Shown here piece by piece: positions 1 through 13,732 of a stretch of 64,000 nucleotides of DNA (its first letter is position 1; each line of letters starts with the position of its first letter). The notes beneath the pieces were generated by a model that was given only the letters and a program-made list of their open reading frames with translations, had not been told where the DNA came from and ran no database searches. Source of the stretch: Antedon mediterranea (taxonomy: Eukaryota; Animalia; Echinodermata); assembly GCF_964355755.1 (NCBI RefSeq), contig NC_092670.1, positions 33,964,388-34,028,387 of the forward strand, read 5' to 3'. A program made the position numbers and the translations under genes.

Positions 1-266
1 TCGTTCGTCTGTCCACAACGACAGGGAATGAATGGACCAGTACACCGAGGTAACCCCCTACTCTTCCGAAAGATATAATAGGTTCTTTAAAGTGCCTATG
101 AGCTAGATGTGTTCACTAGTCTAGACCTCCAGTTGTAAGTCCTTAACCGAGAAGACTTGTTCTATCACCGAAAGAATGGTCGAGCAGCCTGTGCCGATTG
201 CAAAGCTGCTGCTGCAGCTATGGTTTGCGGCGGCGCCCATGTCTTTACCGCTGAGCCACTCGACTC
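1..266 (-). mobile_element. tRNA-derived SINE with Nin/Deu-like central domain (runs off window start)
   Basis: Minus strand begins GAGTCGAGTGGCTCAGCGGTAAAGAC (tRNA A-box). It then reads TCGGTTAAGGACTTACAACTGGAGG and GGCACTTTAAAGAACCTATTATATCTTTCGGAAGAGTAGGGG, which resemble the Nin-domain core as recalled. Confidence 0.6.
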
Positions 267-1215
267 ATAACTAGTATTCAATTAGCAAACTGCAAACTTA
301 GTCTTGTTTAGGCTGTATTATCCTAATCATACTGTTGCCGAGAAAAGTAACCGACTCTTGAAGAAACGAATGCTATTTTCACTAGTCCAAAAGCATAACT
401 TTAACCCGTAGTTAAACCATTTAATATTGGATATGCATAACATTGACAGAAAACCTAAGTTCCATCAAGCCTAAAAGTGTATGCCAACAATGGGGACACC
501 GTGTCCAGTCATTGACATTAGTGTTCAGTGTTGGACAAACGGATAGGAATGGATATGCTTTCATCACAATAATGTTGTTGCAGACTCCAACATATAGACA
601 ATAATGGGTTATGTCTTACGCTTATAACATTGATGGCCGGATGTGCACTCAGGCAGACTAATGAATAAAAATAGGAATAATAGGCTAAAGTTTTAAGATT
701 AAAATTTATATTTCAAGCTGGAAATAGGTCTCTACGTCTAAAGGATTAAACATTGAAGGATAAACAGACAAACGTTGTCTGTATTAACAATAAAAAGTCA
801 AAGATTTTAGTAAAGTTTAATTTTAGTTAAATTTAACACCATTTATCCATTTAAAAATAGCAGTTAAAAATAGACAGTTGACACTGACAGACAAACAGAC
901 AGAACTACATTCCTAGGTTTCCAACTTAAAAATATTACATAAAGTTTTTAAAGTCTAAAATTTCTTAACATTCTGTTGTTAGTACGTTAGTGGTTACATT
1001 GTGTTACGTTGTTACACGATAGTGGTTAAGCTAGGACGTAACACAAGGACGTAAACGCAACGCAAGAGCGTGTTGACCAATGACAAGTGACACTTCGAAT
1101 AATCCATCACTTGTGATAGGTCAACTCATCTACGTTGCGTTACGTCCTTGTGTTGTGTCTAGAGAGAACCATTAGTGGTTGATTTGTATTACGTTAGTGG
1201 TTGATTATTACGTTA

Positions 1216-1394
1216 AGCGTGGTTCCCACTAGCGACGCAACACAAGGACGTAACGCAACGCAAGTGAATTGACCAATCACAAGCGATGGCTTATTCGCTT
1301 GTAATTGCTAACTGTCTATGACTTCGCTTGTCATTGGCTAAAACGCTTGCGTTGCGTTTACGTCCTTGCGTTACGTTCTAGTGGAAACCAAGCT
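1216..1394. mobile_element. PIF/Harbinger-like palindromic MITE
   Basis: TIRs AGCGTGGTTCCCACTAG / CTAGTGGAAACCAAGCT, flanked by TTA on both sides. Related copies at about 1033-1170 and 52764-52929. Confidence 0.75.
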
Positions 1395-1914
1395 TTAGTG
1401 TGTGATAATTAAGAACCTAGGCAAATAAACAAAAGTAATTCATCCATAATTTTCTTTTGAAATTTACGAATTCGTATACCCTCCCTTGTGATTATAAACA
1501 TTACCTCCCTGTAGTCTTTTTAACAATCAAGAAAAAAAAACAACACTTTAGGCGAATAATATTATTACATATTTAATGTTATATTAGTTCGATCCACGAC
1601 AATATTTTCTATGATGTAAATACTGTTTTTAAAAGTTAAAGCTACATACTAATATGATGATTTTTCTAAACTAAATAAAATATTTATATATCTCCAGTTT
1701 ATTAAAAGTAAGCTAGCAATTTCAATCTATAAAATGTCAAAGTAAACATTTAAAACAGCTGTTTTTCACGGTAATAGTAAATGTTTGTTTTGTAGGAAAA
1801 ACAATATTTGACTACCAACAATTTCTTTTAATTATTTATGTAAAAAGTCACGTTCTCACTTCTTTGAATTGTATTAAACCTAACTATAATTGCATACAAT
1901 TGAACTCAAGTGAA

Positions 1915-2070
1915 ATGTGATTGGTCCTTTTTGGGTGTATTTCTATTACGTAATCGTGGTTGGTAGTCGAAAATGTTCATAGGAGAAAGACCAACTAACA
2001 AACGGACCAATCAGATAACACTCTGATAGCCTTGCTGTGATGTATTCACATTAAGGGAACGTTATTGGTC
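1915..2070 (+). promoter_or_regulatory. Candidate promoter with CCAAT/ATTGG boxes upstream of the signal-peptide exon
   Basis: GTGATTGG (~1917), GGACCAATCAG (~2004) and TTATTGG (~2062) lie 200-350 bp upstream of ATG 2269. The first two are retained in the duplicate at ~53045-53105. Confidence 0.4.
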
Positions 2071-2268
2071 GACTGTACTTGCCAATATTTCAATTTAAAT
2101 TTCGTCACGCTATACTACTATTTAATCGTCGACAAAACATTCTCTATCTAATTTCATTTAGTAGGTCTACTGAGCAACAGCCGGTTTAGAGGACTAAATT
2201 AGATCTTCTATATATGCCTAGTGTTTAGCCAAATAGGCCTTTTTACTGTTTATCCGAAGTCAATTGCA

Positions 2269-2365
2269 ATGGTTTTATGGAAGAAAATCGCACTTATGTT
2301 CTGTTTGTTGGTGGTAATCAGAGCCAACAGAGAGGAAACTACTGGTAGTGATAGGCCTACTTCTG
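2269..2365 (+). CDS. Candidate first coding exon encoding a signal peptide (MVLWKKIALMFCLLVVIRANREETTGSDRPTS)
   Basis: ATG, basic n-region, hydrophobic h-region, then a strong donor G|GTAAGT in phase 1, matching the phase of the downstream HYR exons. The paralog at 53344 keeps frame and donor. Confidence 0.65.
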
Positions 2366-2785
2366 GTAAGTTTTGTATTTTTATTTTTCCACAATCATTC
2401 ATGTATGTTACATGGGGTTTTGTTTCTCTTTCAGGGTGTGGGGGGAGTGGTGACAGCCACTTTTATTTCAAATTGTAAGATCTTTCAATTTTACATGTAG
2501 AATCAAAATTTAAGAGTGTAATATAGCAGATCTATAACATATAATTTACAATTTTCTCTCTCTTATAATGTATTATAAAACAATTAATATGTGTGATTTT
2601 AATAACAAATTTTCGTTCACGTTATCACATTTATTTTTAGCCATGTTTATGTTACAAACATATTGATTCTAGATTTTAGTTCAAATCGGAAAATATAATA
2701 ATAATAATTTAATTTCAACACATGCTTCTATAAAACATTCTTTAAAAGGTTGAAGGTTGACACAATTTGAAAAAAAAAATAAACA

Positions 2786-4770
2786 TTTTTTTTTATTCAT
2801 TTAAAAAAATACAATCGTAACACAAAATCACTTTAAAATAAAGTAATAGATATCAAAGAAATATGAACGTTTAAATAAAGTAACTTACAGTGATCAAACA
2901 ATATTAAAAACTATAAATTATTAATTCCATTTTTTTTATGTAAATAATAATTAATTATTAATTATTAATCAATAATTAATTTGGTAAATGCTGTAACCAA
3001 TCTAACTGAATATAAGTAACTTTCAGTGGTCAAACAATTACAAAAAATATAGATTATTAATCCTTTTTTTTTATTTAAAATAATATATAGGCCTATATAC
3101 ATATATTTTAATTATATGTATTGTAACCAAGGAACTAATGGTATAGTTAATAATTAAAAATATCTAATAAGTGCAAATAATAATTTCTTGGTTTCAATGT
3201 AATTAAATACAATAAATAGCAGACATAATAATATTACACAAAAAAGTCATATCCTCGAGTAAAAGTATCAGAAAATTATTAAATATAATCTTCTATTAAT
3301 CTCCACTTTTGTCTAAAATTATACAATTTACTTCTTTTAGAAGCAATTTTTATTCTATATTATAATTAAATTTTAACAAATTGAAGAAAACCTGGAAGAC
3401 TGACTTTTTTGGCTAAATATAATTTTCTTAATCAACAAAATTCATAAATGTAATAGCATATCATGATTTTCTGTATTGTAACCAAATAATATGGATGTCT
3501 TATCAAGGTTAATCTTTGTTTTTGAAATATTTTCCCACCAAGTCGTGAATTCATCCCATAGTTTGGTTGCAATGATACATTCAACCAAAAGATGGGTCAT
3601 AGTTTCATATTAATTTTATACTGAAATATTCTGGTTCTTACCTCCTGAGAACATTAAAACGGTAATACATAGATATTTTCCCATTTATCGCTATCTACAC
3701 CTAATTCATCCTGCAATTTATTTTGAGATGTTGGTATTTTAAAAAAATGTTTCAATTAAGGTTTGTATATATATTTTTTTAATTTTTTCGTAAAAACCCT
3801 AGCTTCATGTTTGCTTTCCACTGTGGGGGTATTGCAGATATCGTCATTCTCCAGTGCATGAAATTACTTGTCGATAAGCCTCTCTCTATCCACATATTAA
3901 AGGGAATGACATTACCGTTTTCATAAAAAAGGTCGCTTACTAAACACATCCCAACATCTCTAAGGCTCTTGTAATAAAATGGCTTGTCATGTATATGCAT
4001 GTGCCTATTAAACCATATATATTGGGACCCTTCGTTACTGTATCAGGATGTATTAATTCGAAGTAAGCGTTTAACATATCCTTATAAAACAAAGGAATAT
4101 TTTCCAACGACGGCCACAGTCCGCGCTTACATTACAATAAAAAATAATGTCGCCTCCTTGCTTATTCAAAAAACTATGTAGTAGAGATCTCCATGCTGCA
4201 TTAACATTTATGTTATAATTTTGTATCCATTTTATCTTTAATGCCTTAAACATACTTTTGATATCTACCATTTTTAAACCGCCTTCTTCAAAATTCCCAA
4301 TTAATGTTGTTCTTTTTATCATACCTTTACCACCGTTCCATAAGAAATGTAATAGAATTGTTTCAATTGATTTAACTACTGTACATGCGGCGGTATATAT
4401 GTATGACAGATGCTAAATATATAAATTGGGATATTGCGAATGTTTTAATTCTTCCTGCTAAAGTTAGTTGTCTGGTTCTCCATATGTTTAATATTAATTT
4501 TAGTTGTTTAATTTTCGTTTCGAAATTACATTGTTCCCGTTGTCTTTCATTATAAGAAAAATAAACTCCTAATGCTTTTACTGGTTGTTGTGGCCATTGC
4601 ATATGTATTGGTTTGTTTTTACATCGCCTATTTGAACCAAGCCATATAGCCTGCGATTTGCCTATATTTAATTTTAAGCCTGATATTTTTTTTAATTTCT
4701 CATTTTGAATGTTATCCAGGGAATATGTTGAAATTATGTTATCAATGTTTTCTCTCTTTTTTGCCACTTC
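2786..4770 (-). pseudogene. Decayed 5'-truncated L1/Tx1-type LINE ORF2 (RT C-terminus, zinc knuckle, 3' UTR)
   Basis: ORF fragments SGLKLNIGKSQAIWLG, KALGVYF, WRTRQLTLAGRI, EEGGLKMVDI, YIWFN, ETMTHLLVEC, with frameshifts. An A-rich tail lies near 2786. Confidence 0.85.
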
Positions 4771-5221
4771 TTAAAAATTTATAGCGTATTGTCAGCTTTA
4801 ACAAAATATATATTTATAGGTATCAAGGCTAAAACAAAGTCTGTACAGACATTTTAGTTGCATTATATGCAAATAATAAATAGGGTCGAGGGTCAAATGT
4901 CAAACTTCTGATAATTTTTGGGTACAATGTTTCATTATAGCGAATATAAATATGTACATTCTGAATAATGCTTTGAAAAAATCAACTCTCTAGCATTAAT
5001 GGTTTTCGAGATATAGAAAGACTGTAATTTCACCCTCTTATTTGCATATTTTATGTAATTTGTACTACTAATTTGCATACTTTCGAGGTGTGTGGCAATG
5101 ATGTTATTTTGGGAATTACAAAGCGATCCTATGCCGACTATAAGAAACCTGTATCCGAGTCATTTGAGTCTCTACAGACATGTTAGTCGCATTATGTATG
5201 CAAACATTGATAAAACACAAA

Positions 5222-6563
5222 AAAATCTTAGCAAAGACCGGCGTCAATGATATTGGATGAAGATCATCAAAAGAGCGGATCTTGTTTTGTTTTGGAGCTG
5301 GAAAGAACTATTGAAGCAGTTTTCCACTGACGTGGAAAGTTTCCCTCATTGAGACACGTATCAAATAATTTAGTTAGCGGGTTAGCAAGTTCAATAGCAA
5401 ATTCCTTAATTATTTTAATTGGTAAGTGTGATGGGTGGCTTGATTTATTACAGTTCACTTTAGTCAAATCCTTACGAACTTCCCATTCATGTATAACTGG
5501 TGGTTCACTTGCTGGAAGGAAGGCTGGTAGCTTGTTGATAGTCAAAGCCGGAAGCTGATTACATACAAGTGCAAAATGGCTATTGATGCATTCAACGGTG
5601 TTTATAGGGTCAACATCAGAGCCAGGAATACGACTTCTTCCTCATATTACAGAGCTTCTGGACACTGCGGTGCCATTTCCCAGGTCGGTTCCCTTTCAAG
5701 GTAGCAATAGACTTTTCATAGAATGAAGCCTTCGCTCGTTTGACTTCCTGCTGTATCTTACGACGTAAGATTTTCCACTGGATATCCTGTCCATTTCGGT
5801 AAGCCACATGGCGTTTCAAAATGAATTTTCTTAATTTAGTTGTAAACCAGGGCTTGTCATTCCATCTCTTGTTAGTGAAAATTTGAGGAAAGTGCTCTTC
5901 AAAAGCACTGTTGAGCTCCTGATAAAAAATTTCCAAAAAATCTGAAGAGTTTTCATAAGCACTAAGATGATTCCAATCATGCAAAGTCATCCATTGTTCA
6001 AATGATCTGATCGAGGAGTCTCCTAGTGGGCGAAACAGCAAATGTGCTGGCTTGTGATTTACATCTGCAAGATTGGTTGATAATTCCAACAAAATACAAC
6101 AATGGTCACTTCGACCAACTGGTGGTAGTTCCATAGGTTCATTAAAGATATTAGGAATGTTAACAAATATCTTATCGAGCTGCGCATTTTGTCTAGTAGG
6201 AAAGTTAACCACCAGTTTCAAAAACAACTTAGACTCTAATTCTGATGTATTGAGATAATTGAAATCACAACATGCCATAATTCCTGCTGAAAAATCACTA
6301 GTTCTAATGCTATCAACGGTAGGCCTACTCGTAATGTGACTGAGAAGCTCAGTGGCATTAGCCGAATTGGGAGGGTAATAAATGACGCCAACGAACATAG
6401 TTTTAATTGCTACACCAACACTACGGAAGTCAAATTTTTTCCACAAACATTCAAATTCACAATTATCATGGATATCCATAGAAACATCACTTACTTATAA
6501 TATTAACTTCATTATGTGTATAAAAGGCTACACCACCACCGCGACGTCCATTATCAGATCTGT
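5222..6563 (-). pseudogene. CR1/L2-group LINE fragment (APE endonuclease + start of RT)
   Basis: YYPP, (G)DFN, FPTR..LDKIF, GRSDH, KPWFT, and IKEFAIELANPL..FPRQWKTASIV..RPISLT motifs. Confidence 0.85.
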
Positions 6564-6569
6564 GTGATT

Positions 6570-7095
6570 AATTAATTAAATTGAGTTAGATAATTAGTTA
6601 TTGACATTTAAAACGAATTTAGGTTCAACGATTTGCTCCAAATAGTATACCCTGTCCAATGGATGTCCAACTTGAAAAATACCCGCAGACAATAATGCGA
6701 GGATGCTTCGCATTTTCCTATCTCTTCCTACGATAATTGTTTTTAATAGCTGAAAACCGGTTGAACAGCTCGAGTACAGCATCATAATGTTGAAGACAGG
6801 CCGATTGTCTTTAAAAAATACTATTTTGATAGATTTAATATACGTTTATACAAATGTTTTGATCTGTGATAAATGGAACATTCCAATCTCTGTTCCACAA
6901 ATGTCTATTCCCTCAGGCGTCGTAAAGACAAGTACAGTCATAACAGAAATTCGATCCATTTTTTTCCAATCTGTGGAATCTTTTTTTTTAACGCATAATG
7001 AGCTAGCCTTTCCAGTCGCCGTCTATTATGTACAATCAACTATATTATTGCAGTTAAACCACCATCAACACCACCACCCTCCCCCTCACTGGCAT
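6570..7095 (+). mobile_element. Internal fragment of the non-autonomous Helitron family
   Basis: Matches about 23490-24050 of the full-length copy. Confidence 0.75.
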
Positions 7096-7865
7096 ATATC
7101 ATATTCTTAACATGTCTCACTCACGTACTACCAAAAATAGGAAAAAAATATATGAAATAGGATAAAAGAAGAGATGATGTTATGCGTACTAATAATAATA
7201 CACACATGAACATTCATATGTCATAATCTTAAATATAATAGAAGCTAAAGTATCTCATTGTCTCACTCACACACTATCGAAAAGAGAAAAAACAAGGCCA
7301 ACAGCCATTAAGTCGCGTGCTACAATGCATAGTGATACTGGACCGACAGACAGACCGACAGACAGACAGACCGACCGACCGACATAGTGAACTATACTGA
7401 CCGAAATTACTGAACATGTTTAAAAATGTTAAATGCATTTATATTTTTTTAATTTACACGTGCGTAGCCTGTCACTTTTGACGTGCTCGTATAACGTAAT
7501 TTCGAGTTGAAAAGTAAGTCAAGAAAACATAAATCGGGCAAAAAGAGTGCGCAATAACATTTAACGCGCAGTGCGTGCGCAAAAATATGCGCACTCATGG
7601 CAATTTTGTAAACGCTTAAAATTGCCTGAAACGTACTCTTATTTCATCGAAAATAAATTTTTAAAATTTTAAGCGCGCGTACGCATGCGTTACATGCGCT
7701 ACGCACGTAATTTTATTGCCATATATGATGATTTATGCCCTGAAATTTATGAGTACCAAATTTTATTTAATTGTGATTCATGGTTGTGAAGATATAATTA
7801 CAAACGTGATTTCGTTAAATCGTGCGTAGACCGCGTAATTTTTTATTGCGCACCGTGAAAACATA

Positions 7866-10800
7866 ATTCAATTCAATTCAAATAAACATTTATTTCTTTC
7901 ATTCATATTTGAGTAAAAAACATTATAATTTCTGATATTTTATAAATAAATATTTTTTTTTTTTTTTTTAGAGATATAATACAGTAAATCATAATGTATA
8001 AAAAGATGATTCAGTTATATACAAAATGAAAGAGGCAAAAAACATCAAGAAAGTATCGATCAATTGGAAAAAAAAAATCCAATTGAAACTTGTATGTTGG
8101 GAAGCCATGTAAGAAGATAATATACTTATATATATAAATGTAAACATATAACTACACAAACACATATAGATCAACAGACACACACACAAACACCAACAGT
8201 AAAGGAAGCAATTTCGAAAAAGTTTCTAAAGTTAAAAAAATATTACAAAATAGAGAAAACAATTAGTTATAATTTGAAATAAGATATTCTTTAAGTTTAA
8301 AAGAGAACATTTTGCTAGAAGACGATGATGAAATTTCGGGAGGTAGATTATTGAATAGTTTAGAACCACTATAGCGAATGTTATGTTTCATTTTAGTTAG
8401 TTTAGGTTGAGGAAGATGAAGGTCCCGTGATGCTCTTGTGTTATACGAATGGATTTCAGAGTTAGTTAAAAAATTACAGGAAAAGTTAGAAGGCAGTTTG
8501 GAATTAATATGTTCATAAACGAAAATGCATTGTTGGAGTTTATTAATATCGTGCACAGTTAAGAGTTTAAGGTTATAAAAAAGGATATTAGTATGAGCAA
8601 GACGTGAGTTACCCGAGATAAGACAGCTTTCTTTTGAAGAACGTGTATTTTATTAAGATTTGAAGGGTAATTATTGGCCCATACAATGTTACAGTAACTA
8701 ATAAAAGGCAGAATAAAGGAACAGTAAATATTGCGTAAAATTTGAGACGGCAAAAAGGAAGACAGACGATAAAGTATGCCAATGTTTTTAGAAATTTTTA
8801 ATTCAATTTCTTTTATATGATTTTTAAAATTTAGCTCTTGGTCAATTAAAACACCTAGACATTTGGTTTGCTTAACATGGGGAATTACTTGATCACCAAT
8901 CAGAATTTTATGAGACTCGTCGGTCAGTTTTTGATGACGTATTCCAAACAACATAAAGTTGCATTTACTTAGGTTTATTGAAAGTTTATTCACATTAAAA
9001 TAATCGTTAATATTAATTAATTCTTGGTTAAAAGTATGAAAAATTGATTGAAAGTTAACACTTTTATAAAATAAAGTCGTGTCATCTGCATAAAGATAAA
9101 AGGTAAGGATATCTGAGGCGTTTGGTAAATCATTGATGTAAATTAGAAATAAAAGAGGGCCAAGCAAGGACCCTTGGGGAACACCACAGGTAATGGGCTT
9201 AAGATCAGAAGTATGATTGTTAACAGAAGTACATTGAAATCTATTTGATAAGTAAATGTTTAAAAGTTTAAGAGCAACACCACGGATACCATAATTTGAA
9301 AGTTTAGTAATCAGAATATGATGGTCAATAGTATCAAAAGCTTTCGACAGGTCAATAAACAAGCCAGAGGGAAAAGAATTGTTTTGAATTGCATCAATAA
9401 TGTTGTTGGTTAAATCAATTAGCGCAAAAGACGTAGAATAGTTTTTCCCAAATCCGAATTGTTTATTATAAAGAATATTGTGCTTGCTTATAAAATCATA
9501 GACGCGGTTATAAATAATCTTTTCAAGAATCTTTGAAAAAAAGGGAAGGATGGAGATTGGACGATAGTTATTTGGATCGGACTTGCTACCTTTCTTGAAA
9601 ATTGGAATAACTTTACCAATTTTTAGGGAGTTGGGAAAAACACCAGATGTAAGAGATAAATTAAAAATGTAAGTGAGAGGAGAGAGAATAGTGTCAATGG
9701 ATTTTTTAATAACTTTAGCACAAATGTCATCGATGCCAGAGGCCTTGTTGCTTTTAAATGAATTTGTGATTTTGTGCACTTCTTGTTCGGTTACAGGTGA
9801 AAGAAAAATTGAGTTAGGAATAGGGGGATGTAAGAAGTGATGAAAAGTTTTATCAGAGTCATTGTTTATTTTTCCAGCAAGGTTGGGTCCAATATTTGTA
9901 AAGTAGTCATTGAATAGATTTGCTACTATTAAAGGTTCTTTTATTAATTTTCCATCAGCTAAAAGTTCAATATCGGCAGGTGCATTTTTATTTGACTTAA
10001 GAAGAGAATTGATGACACGCCAGGTGGCCTTGATATTGAACTTAAGCTTAGTAAAAGTTTCACAAAAGTAATCCAATTTAGCAGTTTTTAAAAGGTTGTT
10101 TAATTTATTTCGATAACGCTTATATTTGGATATATTAGAAAGTGTTGGATGGCGTAGACTTTTAGAATAAAGTTTCTGTTTGTACAAAATCGAGGTCAAA
10201 AGTCCATCGGTCATCCATGGTTTAAGTTTAACTTTAGCTTTGGATGGTTCAATTAAAGGAAAGTGTTTATTATATAAGGTGGTAAAATTATTAATAAATG
10301 TGTCATATGCCAGATTTGTGTCTTGCGTACTCACGACATCATTCCATGGAAAATTTGATAAATCATTACGAAAATTAAGGATATTGTGTTCACTAGTATT
10401 TCTAAATTTAAGATTGGTATTGATTTCTCGCTTACTCGGTTTATTTGAACTGATGTTAAAAACAGGAAGATGATCTGTAGCATCATTAATAATGATACCA
10501 CTAACAGACGATTCAAGATCATTAGTGAAAATGTTGTCAATTAGGGTAGCGGAATGTTCGGTGATGCGTGTCGGTCTATGAATAAGCGAAATGAGAGAAT
10601 TGTTGAAAAGACAATGAACAAAATCATTAATATTGTTATCAGATTCAAATTTGAGTAAGTCAATGTTAAAATCACCGAGGAGAAATATTTTTTTATTTTC
10701 TTTCGTTAAGTTTTTAATAAGGAGTTCAAAGTTCTGCGTAAAGAAAGGAATAGAAATGTCATGAGGTCTATATATTATAGTTCCGATTATTATATCTTCT

Positions 10801-11246
10801 TTTCCGGTTTTAACTTCAATAAACTGAGATTCACAAAAATAGGTTAAAGGAGTTAAGTCATCTCTAATTTTATAATGACACTTATTATTGATAAAAAATA
10901 CTGATACCTCCGCATTTATATGAACGGGGTTTGAAAACTAGTGAATAAAATGGTAAATGAATAAGTGGACTAACAGAGTCCATCCAAGTTTCAGTTACCG
11001 AAATGACATCAAAGTCAAAATTAAGAGATTGAATGCAACTTGAAATAGATTCAAAGTTTTTTTGTAAGCTTCTAGCATTAAAATGTATACAAGAGAAACG
11101 ATTTTCAAATTCATTGTTATTGAATTTCTTTGTGAATTCATTTGGTAAATAGTAATTAGAAATATTTTGATCATTAAAAAAATTATTGTCCGGGTCGATG
11201 TCGTCAAATTGACTAGCAGTTGATGAGAGTTTAAATAGATGGTTTG
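7866..11246 (-). mobile_element. CR1/L2-group LINE with near-complete but frameshifted ORF2 (APE endonuclease + RT)
   Basis: HFNARSL, VTETW, NYRPISIL, FIDLSKAFD, GVPQGSLLGP, YADD. Minus-strand 3' tail is (TTGAA)n at 7866-7880. Confidence 0.92.
8559..10334 (-). pseudogene. Reverse transcriptase ORF (591 aa) of the CR1/L2-group LINE
   Basis: Non-LTR RT motifs DLSKAFD, PQGS, YADD. Frameshifts separate it from the endonuclease ORFs and the C-terminal ORF. Confidence 0.9.
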
Positions 11247-11606
11247 ACCACATTGATTCCTGGCCATAAGGAATATACTGTGAAAAATTGACCTAGCTAG
11301 ATTAAACTGATATCAAGATAAGGTCAGAAAGCGATAAACGCATAGTGATACCGGACCGACAGACCGACAGACCGACAGACCGACTGACCGACCGACATAG
11401 TGAACTATAGAGTCGCTTCCACGCGACTAAAAATAGAGGAAAATAAGATAAAAGAATAGATTATGTTATTCGTACTAATAATACAAACCTGCGCATCCAT
11501 ATATGTTAATTAATTCTAACTATTCAACGATCGTTAAATATTAATTATTTTCATTTTTCCGTGTTCGAAGACAAATCTTCTCGCGTACGGTACGAAAAAC
11601 TCTTAA

Positions 11607-12736
11607 AATGGACCTGAAATGGATTTTCGATTTTTTTCATTTTAGAATGATGTTTTGGGGGCTATTAGGTGTTGCTAGAATGTATATTGTTACAAAATAT
11701 AAATTGGCCCTTTTGGGGAAAGCCCCATTTGAAAATAAAAAAAAATCGCGGGTGACGTCACTTTGCGAATATATTCCTATCCCTCCAATGGAAAATTTGC
11801 AGTTTTTTGGCTATAACTCTTGAAATCTATGGAGTATTTTCTAAAAAATGCTTGTGCATTTGCAGAAACGTATTTAGAATTTTTTTAGATAAAATTATTA
11901 CCGTATAAACGGTTATTCATCGAGTAAATGACGATTTAAAATCTTAAAATCAACGGTTTTTTTCTGGCAATACCGAAGTTGACCTGGCAACGTTGTCCGG
12001 GATACAGCTCCGTGCGCAATGATGCGTATCCATATTTTCCGTTCGTGTATTTTGTATTATCGTTCGTAATTTATACTGCTAAAATTTGTTAGATTCTTTA
12101 GTTTTTAGTTTAGCAGAATTAAATTAGTAATATGAGATGATAATTTATTTGTCACGAATCAGGCAGTTCGAAAACGAATTTTATTCATATTTTACTTTGG
12201 CTTGACAATGAGCGCAGCAAATTGTTGATATCGCTTTGGTCCTTGGATACACATGAAACGGAGCCTCGCCGCATGATGTGGGTGGTGGATCGACTCCGCG
12301 CTCTGGATTGGGGGCCTAGGCCTAGTAAAGGTTTGGGAGGTAGGCCTTCTAAATTCGGGTTTTAGAACAAACGAAGTACATTTTAGGGACCTATATTTCA
12401 ACAACATTAGATATTGAATAAATTAGTATTAGTGTCAACGCGTCGCGTATCATTCCAGGCCGTCGATCATTCACTGACTATCGGGCGGCATACACGCTCT
12501 CGATATCATCGTATGTATATGTGACGTCGTGAATATAGAGGCTTCCGACGGCCGTTGAAATAGAATATTGCAATGGCGTGAGTAATTTTCGCTAATTTAC
12601 CATGGTATCTTAAAATTTCGTTTTTACTCAAAATACTATACATTTTGTTTTTATTTGTGTGGGTTTGTGTTAATTTGATACATTTAAATAACATGTGTGA
12701 ATTTCTTGAAAATCGAAATTCCATTTCAGGTCCATT
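11607..12736. mobile_element. Kolobok-like MITE copy 1
   Basis: About 29-bp TIR AATGGACCTGAAATGGA(T/A)TTTCGATTTT, with TTAA on both sides. A near-identical inverted copy is at 39727-40851. Confidence 0.85.
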
Positions 12737-12824
12737 TTAAGAATATTCTGTGAACAACCTCGCGTGAAATCCAACGGCGCATATATTTAAAACGGACGTA
12801 ACGTTTACTACCTATCCTATCCTA

Positions 12825-13250
12825 CAAACTATTGTTTGTAAAAGACAAACATTGGTTTGTCTATAATAAAATGACAAACAATGATTTGTCTATAATAAAG
12901 ACAAACAATGGTTTGTCTCTAATAAAATGACAAACAATGGTTTGTAAATAATAAAGTTTGTTAAAGAAAAAAATAGTTTTTAAAAAACAATTATGGTTTG
13001 TAAACAACAAATCATAGTTTGATAAAAAGACACAAAAAAATGGTTTGTGTCTATAATAAAAAGACAAACTGTGATTTGTAAAAGACAAACCATAGTTTGA
13101 TCAAAAGACAAACCATAGTTTGATCAAAAGACAAACCATAGTTTTTTAACAAATCATAGTTCGTATTTTACATGGTTTGTCTAAAAACCATTATTTTGTC
13201 TTTCGATAAAAAGAGAAACCATAATTTTTCTTTACAAACCATGCTTTTTA
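12825..13250. repeat. Degenerate ~20-31 bp minisatellite (AAAAGACAAAC(A/C)ATGGTTTGT)
   Basis: The motif recurs more than ten times with variable spacing. Confidence 0.8.
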
Positions 13251-13732
13251 TTTAATGGATAACGTGCATCTAAATCGAGCAATTAGTCTATTTCTTAGAT
13301 ATCGAAAAGCTTGTTATGATCTGTCCGTCTGACAATTTGGCAGTAGTCACTGATTTTAATAATCCCACAGCCACCTATTCTGCCAAAAAGACAAACCTTT
13401 ATTGTAAGAGACAAACCATGGTTCAGAAATGGAATAATGAAAGAACATACTTATTTTCTATGCAAAAATCACAAGATATATAAATCTAAAGCCTTACATC
13501 TAAAGGCTAATCTAGAAATCATCTCCATCACTCGACAACAAATTAAAGATAAAGTTTACTCACGCCTGACATTTAATTTTATTAACGGTAGCCAATACAT
13601 ATATACGAAAGGAATCCCAGTGTCAGGTATCAAATGGTACAAGCAGATTCACTAAGATTGAAATCTTGATCCACGATCCATCAAAGAACCAGCAAGATCG
13701 TCAACAGAAGAGTTGAGTTTTTAAACCTATGC

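Larger units (their letters stand above)
676..6563 (+). repeat. Segmental duplication copy 1 (promoter + signal-peptide exon + LINE relics)
   Basis: Colinear high identity with 52403-59797, from AATAATAGGCTAAAGTTTTAAG to TTATCAGATCTG, apart from copy-specific insertions and deletions. Confidence 0.95.
7291..11433 (-). mobile_element. Helentron-associated (DINE-1-like) element, family A, split by a LINE insertion
   Basis: Inverted repeat AGTCGCGTGGAAGCGACT, (GACC/GACA)n microsatellite, subterminal CACGCGACT plus small hairpin. The halves rejoin (GTGAAAACATA|ACCACAT) to match the copy at 34510-35235. Confidence 0.75.

Noticed and set aside
12506-12724. ORFs repeated at 39739 and 11608/40635 suggesting a conserved gene
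   Set aside because: The identity reflects recent MITE copies, and there are no transposase motifs.
12825-13250. Short repeats with variable spacing resembling a CRISPR array
   Set aside because: Degenerate minisatellite with no unique spacers, no cas genes, and a eukaryotic context.
13260-13720. Possible coding remnant (VVTDFN, similar to the endonuclease GDFN motif)
   Set aside because: Too decayed to call. Probably an old LINE endonuclease fragment.
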